Below are positions 29,399-39,700 of a stretch of DNA of 64,000 bases, in pieces. Below the pieces are notes generated by a model. That model did not search any database, was not told where the DNA came from, and was given only the letters and a program-made list of their open reading frames with translations. A program made the translations under genes and the position numbers. Within the stretch, counting starts at the first letter, position 1. Every line of letters begins with the position of its first letter. Origin of the DNA: an uncultured delta proteobacterium (GTDB taxonomy: Bacteria > Desulfobacterota > Desulfobacteria > Desulfobacterales > B30-G6); the NCBI GenBank assembly GCA_963823335.1, contig CAWGLD010000004.1:288001-352000 (forward strand), in the 5' to 3' direction.

Positions 29399-31690
29399 AT
29401 GTTTTCCTTTATTAAAAAATCTTCTCGGCATGCCGATTTAAATCTCTTTCCACTTTATAGCTATTCATTGAATTTCTCTCTGGACCGGATCGTTCCCGGC
29501 GTAGACAATGTCCGACACGACGTCTACCTGAGTCCTTCTTTCTGCGAAGCCGCCGATGAAATTGTTCCCCAGATCATTGCCAGAAATGTCGAATTAAATG
29601 AGTTTTTCAGAATTGAAAAGCCCGCGGTGTGGGCCGAAAAAGTGGCTGACTTCAAGCGGCACTACACTCGGCTCATGGAAGACGCCGTCTACAAATCAAA
29701 ACAGGAAAATAATCCCCAGATAGATTTTTTAGCCCAAACGGCCGTAATGAAAATGCTCATTACCGACATGCGGGATCAGTTCGAGAAAACCACCACAAAA
29801 ATCAAAAATCTGATTCGCAAAGATCAAATGACGGACAAGCAGCAGGCAGATGATACAGCCAAAAGAAAGGAATCCCTTTCAAATGTCCTGCAGAACAAGG
29901 ACGTTTTTTTAAGAAAAGTAGGTCGGCAACTATTCTCCCTCCTAGCCGACGTCAACAAGGAAAAACTCAAGACCATACGCGAAGCAAACTTCGGTGTTGA
30001 AAAGCTGTTGCCGGACGATATCTTCGAAAACCCAATTTTCCATTCACTGAATCACTATCACGACACTTTCCTCATCGATGAATATGATATCATGTTTGGC
30101 AGACGCCTCGAGGACCTGGACAATTATGACAACCTGATCAGTCTGCTGAAGCGACTCTTTTCTGAAATCATTGATGAAAGCTCACAATTGGAACCCAAAG
30201 AAAATGGCACCCTGCCAGATGGATCGGATAGACCAACCAACTCAACCGACATTTACAAATATCTCAAGCACACCGAAAATATCGATTGGCTACTGAACTA
30301 TTTTAAAACCCTCGAGAAGATCAAAAAAAGAAAAAAACAGAAATCGGACACCGTTGATATCAGTCGTCTGAAAGCTCTGGCTGCCAATCAAAAATTCATC
30401 CTGCATGATTTTTTCAAGGCATTTAAGAAAGCCCGTCTGATTCAAAGAATTTCCGCGTCTTATGAAATGCGATCGATCTACCGGGGCTACTGTCCCCCAT
30501 TGGTGCCACAGCAGATTCTTCTTTTCATGATCGACCCAAAATCGAGAAAGATTGTCACCAAGCGACTGAAGCAGCTGAAAAAAATTTACCGCAAACCTTT
30601 TTCTCTGGGACCGCTGAAAAAACAGATCAAAAAACTCGAGTTCCTGTCAGTGAAGGATAAAAAGAAATATCTGATTCGATTCCTCAAGGGCATTGCTCAC
30701 TATCACCGTGATATTGAAAACCACAAAGTAATCAGTGAGGCAATGGACCGGATCAATCTGACCACGGATGATAAAATCCTCAATCTATCGAGAGCAAATA
30801 ACACACTGTATGAATTCCTGATTTCCAGTGAGAAGCGGGAAGATGAAAAACCTATCATCAACCACGTCGTGATAAAGGCAGACGTGAGGGGATCGACCGA
30901 CATCACGCACCAGATGATAAAAAGAGGATTGAATCCCGCCTCCTATTTCAGTCTCAACTTTTTCAATCCCATATCTGACACTCTCAAGGATTATGGAGCT
31001 GTTAAAGTTTTTATCGAAGGAGATGCCATCATTCTGGCAATTTTTGAAAGGGAGAAGACACCCGAAGGGTGGTACAGCGTGGCCCGGGCTTGTGGCATTG
31101 CCATGAACATGTTGTTTATTATCAAGCGCTACAACGACAACAGCAAAAAAAATCAACTGCCGATCCTCGAACTCGGTATCGGTATAAATTATCTTGATTC
31201 GTCGCCCACATTTCTATTCGATGGGAATCAGCGTATCATGATTTCTTCCGCTATCAACATCGCCGATCGTCAATCGAGCTGTTCGAGATCTTTACGCAAG
31301 CTCGTTTCGAAAATGAGACCTGCCTTCAACCTCTACGTCTACCAAACAGCTTCGGAAGAGGATATGCTGACAACGTCGGACGACATCTCTGTGAGATATA
31401 ATGTCAATGGCATCGATCTGAATCCCGGTGGTTTTAAAAAACTCTCCAAAGAAATCAATCTGACCACGTTCAAAACAGATATCCCTGAGCTTAAACTGAG
31501 AAATATCAAACTGCACACAGGTAAGTTCCCATTGACATCCGGCAGGTTCCAGCGCCTCGTTATCAGGGAATCCAAAATTCGTCAGGTACACCCGGACACA
31601 TTTGCATCGATAAAGCCCACCACTAGAAGTTATTTTGAAGTCTGTACCCATCCAGCGGTTTACCAGCATGTGAGATCTGTAGCAAAGTGA
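29399..31690 (+). CDS. Large hypothetical protein with C-terminal class III nucleotidyl cyclase-like domain
   Basis: KADVRGST, FIEGDA, LGIGI, AINIADR. Confidence 0.7.
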   Translation: MFSFIKKSSRHADLNLFPLYSYSLNFSLDRIVPGVDNVRHDVYLSPSFCEAADEIVPQIIARNVELNEFFRIEKPAVWAEKVADFKRHYTRLMEDAVYKSKQENNPQIDFLAQTAVMKMLITDMRDQFEKTTTKIKNLIRKDQMTDKQQADDTAKRKESLSNVLQNKDVFLRKVGRQLFSLLADVNKEKLKTIREANFGVEKLLPDDIFENPIFHSLNHYHDTFLIDEYDIMFGRRLEDLDNYDNLISLLKRLFSEIIDESSQLEPKENGTLPDGSDRPTNSTDIYKYLKHTENIDWLLNYFKTLEKIKKRKKQKSDTVDISRLKALAANQKFILHDFFKAFKKARLIQRISASYEMRSIYRGYCPPLVPQQILLFMIDPKSRKIVTKRLKQLKKIYRKPFSLGPLKKQIKKLEFLSVKDKKKYLIRFLKGIAHYHRDIENHKVISEAMDRINLTTDDKILNLSRANNTLYEFLISSEKREDEKPIINHVVIKADVRGSTDITHQMIKRGLNPASYFSLNFFNPISDTLKDYGAVKVFIEGDAIILAIFEREKTPEGWYSVARACGIAMNMLFIIKRYNDNSKKNQLPILELGIGINYLDSSPTFLFDGNQRIMISSAINIADRQSSCSRSLRKLVSKMRPAFNLYVYQTASEEDMLTTSDDISVRYNVNGIDLNPGGFKKLSKEINLTTFKTDIPELKLRNIKLHTGKFPLTSGRFQRLVIRESKIRQVHPDTFASIKPTTRSYFEVCTHPAVYQHVRSVAK

Positions 31691-31778
31691 AACACCAGTA
31701 GATACCCGGGTCCAAAGAGCCCGGCACTGAGTGAAGAACCTCGCAGCAAGCTACGGGGTTAGCGAGCGCTGTTGGGGT

Positions 31779-32591
31779 TCACGAAATGTCCGGGCTAAAG
31801 GCAGGATTCTTCAGATTTAAAACGGCTTGGATAAGAGATTGAAACACCTCGGATCCTTCCACCGAGGCAGACACCGCTCCCTTGGCTACCTGGTGTATCC
31901 ATTCAATTTTTCCTTTGTCTGAAACCGACAGGCTCCCATCGATAAATTTCAGTTCGTTATGGTTCTTTCCATAGAGAACCATCGGACCAAAAAATGTTCC
32001 TTCTTTCGATTTTTCGGTAGACAAGCCAATGACATAAAAATGTCCGAGAATCAGTTCTTTTGGCTGCTGCTGGAAAGCCAGAAGCTCTCCAAACAAGGAG
32101 AGGCTTTCAATGACGCCATCCTGATATGCATTTTTCAGTGCGGCAGTCCCCTCTTCAGCAATGGCAATCAGATCCGTCTTTTTATAGCTGAGATCCAGAA
32201 GATCAATACATTCTTTCTGGATCGTTTGCAGTGTTTCGAGCCCTTTTTTCTCAATCACGTCTGTATCGTTGAGTATTTTGACAGCATTGCGAATGCTGAT
32301 CATCTCCTTGACGGTGGGGCTTCTCCTCATAGCGACATCCGCTAATGTCGTTAAATACATGGGCAAATCATTTCCCAGAACAATGATACGGTATTTTTCC
32401 CCATCGCTCTTTTGGACATATAAATCCAGGTCACGTTCCTTATGATGGATGTAAGGGCTCATACCAAGAAGCTCGCGCACGGCGTTGATATCCGTTCTTT
32501 TGCCACTATCGACAGATCCCATGGAAGTGAGAATTTTTTGCCCAAGAAGCTTGATCCTGATTTTTTTTAAAAGATTCTCTTTAAAGGACAT
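31779..32591 (-). CDS. Hypothetical protein
   Basis: Long ORF filling the gap with a GGGGG RBS-like sequence; no motif recognised. Confidence 0.75.
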   Translation of the reverse strand: MSFKENLLKKIRIKLLGQKILTSMGSVDSGKRTDINAVRELLGMSPYIHHKERDLDLYVQKSDGEKYRIIVLGNDLPMYLTTLADVAMRRSPTVKEMISIRNAVKILNDTDVIEKKGLETLQTIQKECIDLLDLSYKKTDLIAIAEEGTAALKNAYQDGVIESLSLFGELLAFQQQPKELILGHFYVIGLSTEKSKEGTFFGPMVLYGKNHNELKFIDGSLSVSDKGKIEWIHQVAKGAVSASVEGSEVFQSLIQAVLNLKNPAFSPDIS

Positions 32592-32689
32592 GATAGCCCC
32601 CAAAACAACGGTGTATAGTTCAGATCTGTGCGTTAAACACTATTACCTTATTACCATAGATTAAGATGATGTCTTTTTCAATCACCTTC

Positions 32690-32718
32690 TTGACCAAACA
32701 TACAAAGTGACGTATATA
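32690..32718 (+). promoter_or_regulatory. Putative sigma70 promoter of gltA
   Basis: TTGACC-N17-TATATA. Confidence 0.5.
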
Positions 32719-32755
32719 AAATGGTTCAAATTTTTACGAAAGGACAGCAAGAACC

Positions 32756-34036
32756 ATGCCTGAATATGCCGAATTAAATTACAATGGGAAACAGTACAAG
32801 CTTCCAGTCGTAACCGGAACAGAGGGAGAAAAAGCCATCGACATCTCCAGACTGCGTCAAGACACCGGTTTTATAACCCTTGATGTCGGATACGGCAACA
32901 CAGGAAGTTGCAGAAGTTCCATTACCTTCATGGATGGTGAAAAGGGCATTCTTAGATATCGGGGTATCCCTGTAGAACAACTGGCTGAGCATGCCACATT
33001 CAAAGAAACCGCATATTTGTTGATACATGGCCGTCTTCCCACCTGGAAAGAACACCGGCAGTTTTCAGTCCTTTTGAATGATCATTCTCTTGTCCATGAA
33101 GATATGCGTTCTTTTTACCAGCATTATCCAAGAGGCTCGCATCCCATGGGAATTCTCTCCGCCATGCTCAATGCCTTAAAAAGCTTCTACCCGGAACTGG
33201 AAATTCTGGAAGAGGAAATTGATATCACCGTGCCCCGTCTCCTGGCCAAGGTCCGCACGCTGGCAGCCATGTCATACAAGATATCCCGAGGCCATCGTGT
33301 TGTTTACCCTCGCCCGGACCTTGCTTACTGTGAAAATTTCTTAAACATGATGTTCGACAGCCCTGTCCGGCCGTACAAAATCCATCCGGATGTCGTCAAG
33401 GCTTTACGGGTCTTCTGGATTCTACATGCCGACCATGAGCAGAACTGCTCCACTTCCGCCGTCAGGATTGTGGGCAGCGGACGTGTCAATCTGTATGCTG
33501 CCATCTCTGCGGGTATTGCCGCCCTCTGGGGCCCACTGCATGGCGGGGCAAATCAGGCAGTGGTCGAAATGCTTGCAGATATCCAAACCAAGGGGAGCAG
33601 TATGCAGCGGGTCATCGAACGTGCCAAGGATAAAAATGATCCCTACCGGCTCATGGGCTTCGGTCACAGGGTCTACAAAACCTACGACCCCCGGGCAAAG
33701 ATCATGAAAAGAATCTGCGATACACTTCTGTCAAAGCTGACCCTCCAGGACCCTCTGCTGGAGATCGCAAAAAAACTGGAAGAGGTCGCTTTAGAAGATA
33801 GCTACTTTATCGAACACAATCTCTACCCCAATGTGGATTTTTACAGCGGGATTGTCCTGCGTGCCATCGGTATTCCAACCAACATGTTCCCGGTGATGTT
33901 TGCCATTGGAAGATTACCAGGCTGGATTGCACAGTGGCTGGAGAGTATGAACGACCCCAACTGGAAGCTGTGCCGCCCCCGGCAGATCTATCTGGGCCCT
34001 GGAAAAAACGATTATGTCCCCTTTGAAAAGCGATAA
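32756..34036 (+). CDS. gltA: Citrate synthase (type II)
   Basis: LHADHEQNCST, WGPLHGGAN, MGFGHRVYK, YPNVDFYSG. Confidence 0.97.
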   Translation: MPEYAELNYNGKQYKLPVVTGTEGEKAIDISRLRQDTGFITLDVGYGNTGSCRSSITFMDGEKGILRYRGIPVEQLAEHATFKETAYLLIHGRLPTWKEHRQFSVLLNDHSLVHEDMRSFYQHYPRGSHPMGILSAMLNALKSFYPELEILEEEIDITVPRLLAKVRTLAAMSYKISRGHRVVYPRPDLAYCENFLNMMFDSPVRPYKIHPDVVKALRVFWILHADHEQNCSTSAVRIVGSGRVNLYAAISAGIAALWGPLHGGANQAVVEMLADIQTKGSSMQRVIERAKDKNDPYRLMGFGHRVYKTYDPRAKIMKRICDTLLSKLTLQDPLLEIAKKLEEVALEDSYFIEHNLYPNVDFYSGIVLRAIGIPTNMFPVMFAIGRLPGWIAQWLESMNDPNWKLCRPRQIYLGPGKNDYVPFEKR

Positions 34037-34071
34037 AAAAAAGCCCTGCAGAAATCTGCAGGGCTTTTTTT
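34035..34071. terminator. Bidirectional intrinsic terminator
   Basis: A-run gccctgcag-aaat-ctgcagggc T-run between convergent gltA and upp. Confidence 0.9.
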
Positions 34072-34113
34072 GCTGTAGATAGCTATTCACATACAGCACG
34101 GCGAAGCCTCTCC

Positions 34114-34155
34114 AATAAAAAGTGTTCCGGAGGCTAGGCCGGAACACTTTTTATT
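34114..34155 (-). terminator. Terminator hairpin directly after upp
   Basis: aataaaaagtgttccgg / ccggaacactttttatt, 17-bp inverted repeat. Confidence 0.75.
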
Positions 34156-34777
34156 TGGTGCCAAATATTTTATCGCCCGCATCTCCAAGCCCGGGAAGAA
34201 TGTATCCGATCTCATTCAATTTCTCGTCAACCGCTGCCACATAAACATCGGCATCAGGATGTTCTCTCTCTACCCTGGCAATGCCTTCGGGAGCAGCCAC
34301 AATAAAAATACCTCTAATTTTCTCACAACCGGCCTCCTTCAAAAAATCGATTGTGGCACATAAGGTGCCGCCGGTTGCAAGCATGGGGTCCAATATCAAG
34401 GCAATCCGCTCCTCCATCTGGCTTGTTGTTTTGATATAGTATTTTACCGGTTCCAGCGTTTCTTCGTTCCGATATAGACCCACCACACTCACCTTTGCCG
34501 ATGGAATCAGGTTCAATACACCGTTCATCATGCCGAGGCCTGCCCGTAAAATTGGGACAACTGTAATTTTTTTGCCCTTTATGCGCTCAACTTCGACATT
34601 CCCGGCCCAGCCCTGAATTGTTCTTTTTTCCGTTTCCAGGTCTTTGGTCGCTTCATATGTCAGTAAGCTTGCAAGTTCGGAGGCCAGGTCACGAAAATCT
34701 TTAACCGTTACATCATGTTTTCGCATGAATCCCAGCTTGTGTTTGATCAAGGGATGGTTAACAATATGTATTGTCAC
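34151..34777 (-). CDS. upp: Uracil phosphoribosyltransferase
   Basis: [36 protein letters not shown]. Confidence 0.98.
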   Translation of the reverse strand: MTIHIVNHPLIKHKLGFMRKHDVTVKDFRDLASELASLLTYEATKDLETEKRTIQGWAGNVEVERIKGKKITVVPILRAGLGMMNGVLNLIPSAKVSVVGLYRNEETLEPVKYYIKTTSQMEERIALILDPMLATGGTLCATIDFLKEAGCEKIRGIFIVAAPEGIARVEREHPDADVYVAAVDEKLNEIGYILPGLGDAGDKIFGTK

Positions 34778-34863
34778 ATTAACTCCTTCTTAGAAACAGC
34801 TATTGAAGAACCTCGCAGCATGCTACGAGGGTTCAAATAAAAATCGTTACCCTGAAGACTGGG

Positions 34864-35166
34864 CTAGAATTCTCCCAATGGTCGTGTAAAGGTGAACTTT
34901 GCCGGAGCCACCACCAGCTTTTCTCCGGCCTGCTTTACATTTTTTCCCAATGCAGAAAATGGTAACGATATGACGAACAGACCCACACCCACAACTATGG
35001 CAACGAGACCCAGTGGTCGAACAAGAATCGCGTCCGCTACCATGTTTTCGGTACTGATCTCTTCCTTCTGAATCCCCGCCTGCGCAAATGAACTCGAGGC
35101 GAATGCGGTGGTTACAAAGACAACCACCAGTAACATGACAAAGGTTTTTTTTGCAATTGTTCGCAT
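34864..35166 (-). CDS. Small exported/membrane hypothetical protein
   Basis: Signal peptide; MVAD..VRPLG...SLPFSALG...FTFTRPLG; AAGGAGG RBS. Confidence 0.8.
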   Translation of the reverse strand: MRTIAKKTFVMLLVVVFVTTAFASSSFAQAGIQKEEISTENMVADAILVRPLGLVAIVVGVGLFVISLPFSALGKNVKQAGEKLVVAPAKFTFTRPLGEF

Positions 35167-35496
35167 GTATGCCTCCTTGTAAAAGAGTTTGCCGACTCTT
35201 TCTTTCTGTCAATGAAAAGTTTGTTCCACGTCTGTTTGAACTTCTTGAATCCGCAACGGTGAATAAATTCGTAAAAAGTTTTTGCCTTAATCATCTGAAA
35301 TCGGGTATAAATACACTATCAGACTTTGCCGGTTTTTTCAACCAAAGAACCGCATGGTTGTCATTTCATGTCCCACACCTCCTGAAATGAAAATTGGATC
35401 GGCATTTTTGTTTGGCCTGCAATTGTGGCATCTCGATATTGGCATCGTCGTTCAGCAGGATAATCGCCGACTATTGTATGTTTTTTAATGACGCCT

Positions 35497-37938
35497 ATGA
35501 GTAAAGAAATAAACACAATCGAAGTCGCCGTGGCTTTGCCAGTCCAGGGAACATATTCGTATGCCGTTCCTGATAACCTCGCAGTCATGATTGCTCCGGG
35601 AAAAAGAATCATCGTTCCGTTTGGCCGCCGTCGGATTACCGGATATGTTCTGGGGACACCACACGAAGTCTGTGATCTCAGCCTGAAAAAAGTTCTGGAC
35701 GTACTGGATGACCATCCGCTTTTTCCAGAGTCCATGGTTCCCTTTTTCAAATGGATTTCGGAATACTACATGTATCCCATCGGACAGGTCATTATGAATG
35801 CGTTACCGGGTGGATTGACCACTGCTGAGCAGAACGTTTTTACCATCACTCAGCAGGGATGCCGCTTTCTCGAACAGGGCATTATGACCATTACGGAAGA
35901 AAAAATTCTCAACACCTTGAAAACCGAATCCCTGAATTTGAAGGCGCTTGAAAAGAAAATCCGCCGACCCCTGCCAACAGCCATAGCTCTTGCCATGCTG
36001 GACAGGGGATGGATTTGCCAGAGAAAGAAGCTCAAGAAAGGCCAAACACAATCGAAAATAGAAAAATTTGTATCCCTGAGCAATAATAATCGTGACGAAA
36101 CAAAACTATCTGAAACGCGAAAAAAAATAATCGGCTACCTTAAAAATGAGCATGAAGTCTCATTGAAAGAACTCAAGAAAATCGTACCGACGGCGCCCCA
36201 GATCATAAAAGCCATGGCATCCTCCGGGCAGGTCAGGCTGGACCTGAAGCAGGTCTATCGTGACCCGTTCGGGGAACCTGTAAAGAGAGAAACACCGCCA
36301 GTCTTGACCCTTGAACAGAAACAGATCGTTTCACAAGTTCAAGAAGCCATGGGAAAAACATTTGCCCCATTTCTTCTTGTGGGTGTCACCGGTAGCGGCA
36401 AAACAGAGATCTATCTCCAGCTTGCGCTGGAAACCCTCAACAAAGGCCGTTCCGTCATCATCCTGGTTCCCGAAATTGCCCTTATTTCTCAAATGGAAAG
36501 ACGTTTTCGTTCGCGGTTCGGCGATCAGATAGCAATTCTTCATAGCGGACTGTCCCCTGGAGAACGATACGACCAGTGGTTGAAGCTTGCCAGAGGTGAG
36601 ATCACTATCGCCATAGGTGCACGCTCTGCCATATTCGCACCCGTCAAAAATATCGGTCTTATCGTCGTTGATGAAGAGCATGATGCTTCCTACAAACAGG
36701 AAACAAAATTATGTTACAATGCCAGAGATATCGCCATTGTCAGGGCAAAACAGCATAACGCAGTGGCGCTTCTTGGGTCGGCAACCCCTTCCATCCAATC
36801 TTATCACAATGCAATGAACGGAAAATATACTCAGGTCTCCCTCACCGAGCGTGTCATGAACCGCCAGCTTCCTGACATCACCGTTGTCGATTTGTGCGCC
36901 ATGAGAAACCAGCGTGGGTACCGACGTTACTTTTCGAAAGAACTCCTTCTGGGTCTGGGGAACACCCTGAATCGCAATGAGCAGGCCATTTTATTTCTCA
37001 ACCGCCGGGGATTTGCAAGTCTACCGATATGTGGCGCCTGCGGGAAGCCCCTGCAATGCAAAAATTGCGATATCTCCCTGACATATCACCAGCAATCCAA
37101 TGCCTATCGTTGCCACTACTGCGGTTTCTCCACGGCAGGCGGTACAAGTTGTCCTTCCTGCGGTATCGCCGACATCCGCCATTTAGGATTTGGCACCGAA
37201 AAGATCGAAGCAATCGTCAAGGAACTCTTCCCGGATAAAAATATCGCCAGAATGGACCGGGACACCGTCGCTCATAAAGGGTCTGTCCTTAGAATTCTCA
37301 AGGGCTTGAACGACGGTACCATCGATGTCCTCATCGGCACACAAATGGTAGCCAAAGGCCACGATTACCCGAATATCACACTTGTAGGGATTATCTGTGC
37401 CGACCTTTCACTCAGTTTTCCGGATTTCAGGGCTGGTGAACAAACCTTTCAACTCCTCGCTCAGGTGAGCGGGCGCGCCGGTAGAGGGGAGATACCCGGA
37501 AGTGTAATACTCCAGACTTACAACCCGGAACATTTCAGTATTCTATGTGCCAAGCAACAGGATGTGCAACAGTTCTACGACCAGGAAATCACCTTTCGAA
37601 AAGCCCTGAATTATCCACCGTTTTCTCGAATGATTCAGATCATCCTTTCCGGTCACGACAAGACCCGGGTCCATCAACACGCACAGGCCCTTGGAACAGC
37701 CTGTAACACACTATTCAGAAAAAACAAAAAATTCAGGGAAACCATCGTGATGATGGGTCCCATAGAAGCCCCCTATGCCAAAATAGCCTCCAGATACCGA
37801 TGGCAGATTCTGTTCAAAGGCAATCAGACCGGCTTGCTTCATCAGTATGTCCGCGAGCTGATATTCCTGAATCCTCCCCTGTTGAACAAACAGCATGTCA
37901 AGATCACCATCGATATAGATCCTGTTTTCATGATGTAA
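35497..37938 (+). CDS. priA: Primosomal protein N'
   Basis: GVTGSGKTE, DEEH, GSATPS, four CxxC, GTQMVAKG, QVSGRAGR. Confidence 0.97.
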   Translation: MSKEINTIEVAVALPVQGTYSYAVPDNLAVMIAPGKRIIVPFGRRRITGYVLGTPHEVCDLSLKKVLDVLDDHPLFPESMVPFFKWISEYYMYPIGQVIMNALPGGLTTAEQNVFTITQQGCRFLEQGIMTITEEKILNTLKTESLNLKALEKKIRRPLPTAIALAMLDRGWICQRKKLKKGQTQSKIEKFVSLSNNNRDETKLSETRKKIIGYLKNEHEVSLKELKKIVPTAPQIIKAMASSGQVRLDLKQVYRDPFGEPVKRETPPVLTLEQKQIVSQVQEAMGKTFAPFLLVGVTGSGKTEIYLQLALETLNKGRSVIILVPEIALISQMERRFRSRFGDQIAILHSGLSPGERYDQWLKLARGEITIAIGARSAIFAPVKNIGLIVVDEEHDASYKQETKLCYNARDIAIVRAKQHNAVALLGSATPSIQSYHNAMNGKYTQVSLTERVMNRQLPDITVVDLCAMRNQRGYRRYFSKELLLGLGNTLNRNEQAILFLNRRGFASLPICGACGKPLQCKNCDISLTYHQQSNAYRCHYCGFSTAGGTSCPSCGIADIRHLGFGTEKIEAIVKELFPDKNIARMDRDTVAHKGSVLRILKGLNDGTIDVLIGTQMVAKGHDYPNITLVGIICADLSLSFPDFRAGEQTFQLLAQVSGRAGRGEIPGSVILQTYNPEHFSILCAKQQDVQQFYDQEITFRKALNYPPFSRMIQIILSGHDKTRVHQHAQALGTACNTLFRKNKKFRETIVMMGPIEAPYAKIASRYRWQILFKGNQTGLLHQYVRELIFLNPPLLNKQHVKITIDIDPVFMM

Positions 37939-38068
37939 ATCAGCGACCACCGACACAAGCTGTGATCGCTGATTATCTTGACATTCTGCAGGATGCCGAT
38001 TAGCATTATGCCTTCCTGTAAACAACACCTATCAAGATTATTTATGACAGCCTTTAGGAGATCGAAAC

Positions 38069-38773
38069 ATGAAATATTTATGTGCCTGGATGATTCTTTT
38101 TGTATTGATCCCTTTTTCCGTGTTCGGCCAAAGCACCACCGACTCCGGGGCGCCTTCTCTGCAAGTACCCGAGCCTTCATATCAGTTTGAACCAGTGGTA
38201 AGTGGTCAGGACGTCAACCACGACTATATTGTGTACAACAAGGGGACTGCCGAGCTCATCATTACCAGCGTCAAAACCGGCTGAGGATGCACGGCAACCT
38301 CTTTTACGAGGCAAATCCCTCCCGGTGGAGAGGGAAAAATCACATTGAAACTGGGAACCGGCGGTTACAACGGGAAACATGTAAATAAAACCGCCATCAT
38401 TCATTCCAACGATCCGCTAAATCCAAGTTTCACGCTGACCATCTCCGGTCAGGTTGAGAAATTTGTGGATCTGGAACCAAAATATGTCCGTCTGACCGGG
38501 TATTCAGGGGCACCCATTTCTGTACCGGTATCGATCACACCCACAGCCAAATACCCTTTTAAGATTATCGATGTGACCGCAAGAGGCGGCAACTTGATCA
38601 AGTACACGCTTACAGAGAGAAAATCCGATCAAGTGAGCACATACACACTTCTCATTGAGAATCTTAAAACGGACAAGGGCCGCTACACGGATCTTCTTAC
38701 CTTGACAACGGACAGTCAGATCCAGCCAAGTATCACCATCCGGGTATACGGAAATATTTTGGAATCTGAATAA
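38069..38773 (+). CDS. DUF1573-like secreted protein, probable selenoprotein (in-frame TGA at 38282-38284)
   Basis: ORFs 38069-38284 and 38345-38773 share a frame; readthrough gives ...ITSVKTG-U-GCTATSFTRQIPPGGEGKI..., matching the family CGCT motif. Confidence 0.85.
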
Positions 38774-38846
38774 AATACAGTTGATCCAATTTAAGAGGGT
38801 AAGAATTTCTGTACACCTTGAACCCTTTTTTCTGGCAGGAGTACCT

Positions 38847-39464
38847 ATGTCAAACTACAAAGTGATCGCTTTTGACTGCGACGGTGTGCTTTTTGACACC
38901 GCAGAATCCAACAGGGCTTACTACAACGCCATTCGCAACCAGCTGGACATGCCGGACATGACGGAAGACGAGTTTTATTTTGCCCACATGCATACCGTAA
39001 AGGAGACACTGGCGTACTTGTTCAAAGATCCCGGGGCACTCCAAAAGGCTGAGGCCGTAAAAGCGCAACTGAATTATACGCCGTTTGTAGCAGCCATGAA
39101 GATGGAACCGGCGCTGATACCACTCCTGAAAAAAATACGCCCAGCCTACAAAACAGCCGTTGCCACCAATCGCTCGGATTCAATGCCGACACTTCTCAGG
39201 GAACATGACATTGCACCGTATTTTGATCTTATCGTATCGGCCAGTGATGTTGCCCGGCCAAAGCCACATCCGGACCAGCTCCTGAGGCTTCTCGATTATT
39301 TTAAAGTCTCACCCCATGAGATGCTCTATGTGGGCGACTCCAAAGTTGATGAAGCCGCTGCAAATTCCGCCCAGGTCCCTCTGGCAGCATACGACAACAG
39401 ATCCCTGTCCGCCGAATATCACATCCGCTCCCTCAAGGAAATCGAGGACATACTGGGGCTTTAA
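38847..39464 (+). CDS. HAD-IA hydrolase (phosphoglycolate-phosphatase-like)
   Basis: FDCDGVL, ATNR, KPHP, VGDS..D. Confidence 0.92.
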   Translation: MSNYKVIAFDCDGVLFDTAESNRAYYNAIRNQLDMPDMTEDEFYFAHMHTVKETLAYLFKDPGALQKAEAVKAQLNYTPFVAAMKMEPALIPLLKKIRPAYKTAVATNRSDSMPTLLREHDIAPYFDLIVSASDVARPKPHPDQLLRLLDYFKVSPHEMLYVGDSKVDEAAANSAQVPLAAYDNRSLSAEYHIRSLKEIEDILGL

Positions 39465-39521
39465 CAGGTTCCAAAGGACAAACAATAACCCGCTGTCCGA
39501 AAACGAATGAACATCGAATGT

Positions 39522-39602
39522 TGAACTGCAACAGCGAGCGCATTCCCCATAGGTTCTGCCGTACGGCAGTGCATTCCTCTTAGCTTGCTGCGAGGTTCTT
39601 CA
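39522..39602 (-). repeat. TGAA...TTCA REP/MITE-like family copy
   Basis: tgaactgcaacagcgagcgcattcccc...agcttgctgcgaggttcttca. Confidence 0.85.
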
Positions 39603-39700
39603 AATTGAAATATCAAGAAACATCCGTCAGTATAGATTCGGGCAAGATCAATTCTCTGAAAGATCTGGGAGTTTTCAACCGTTTGGAGCGGGAGTGGTAA

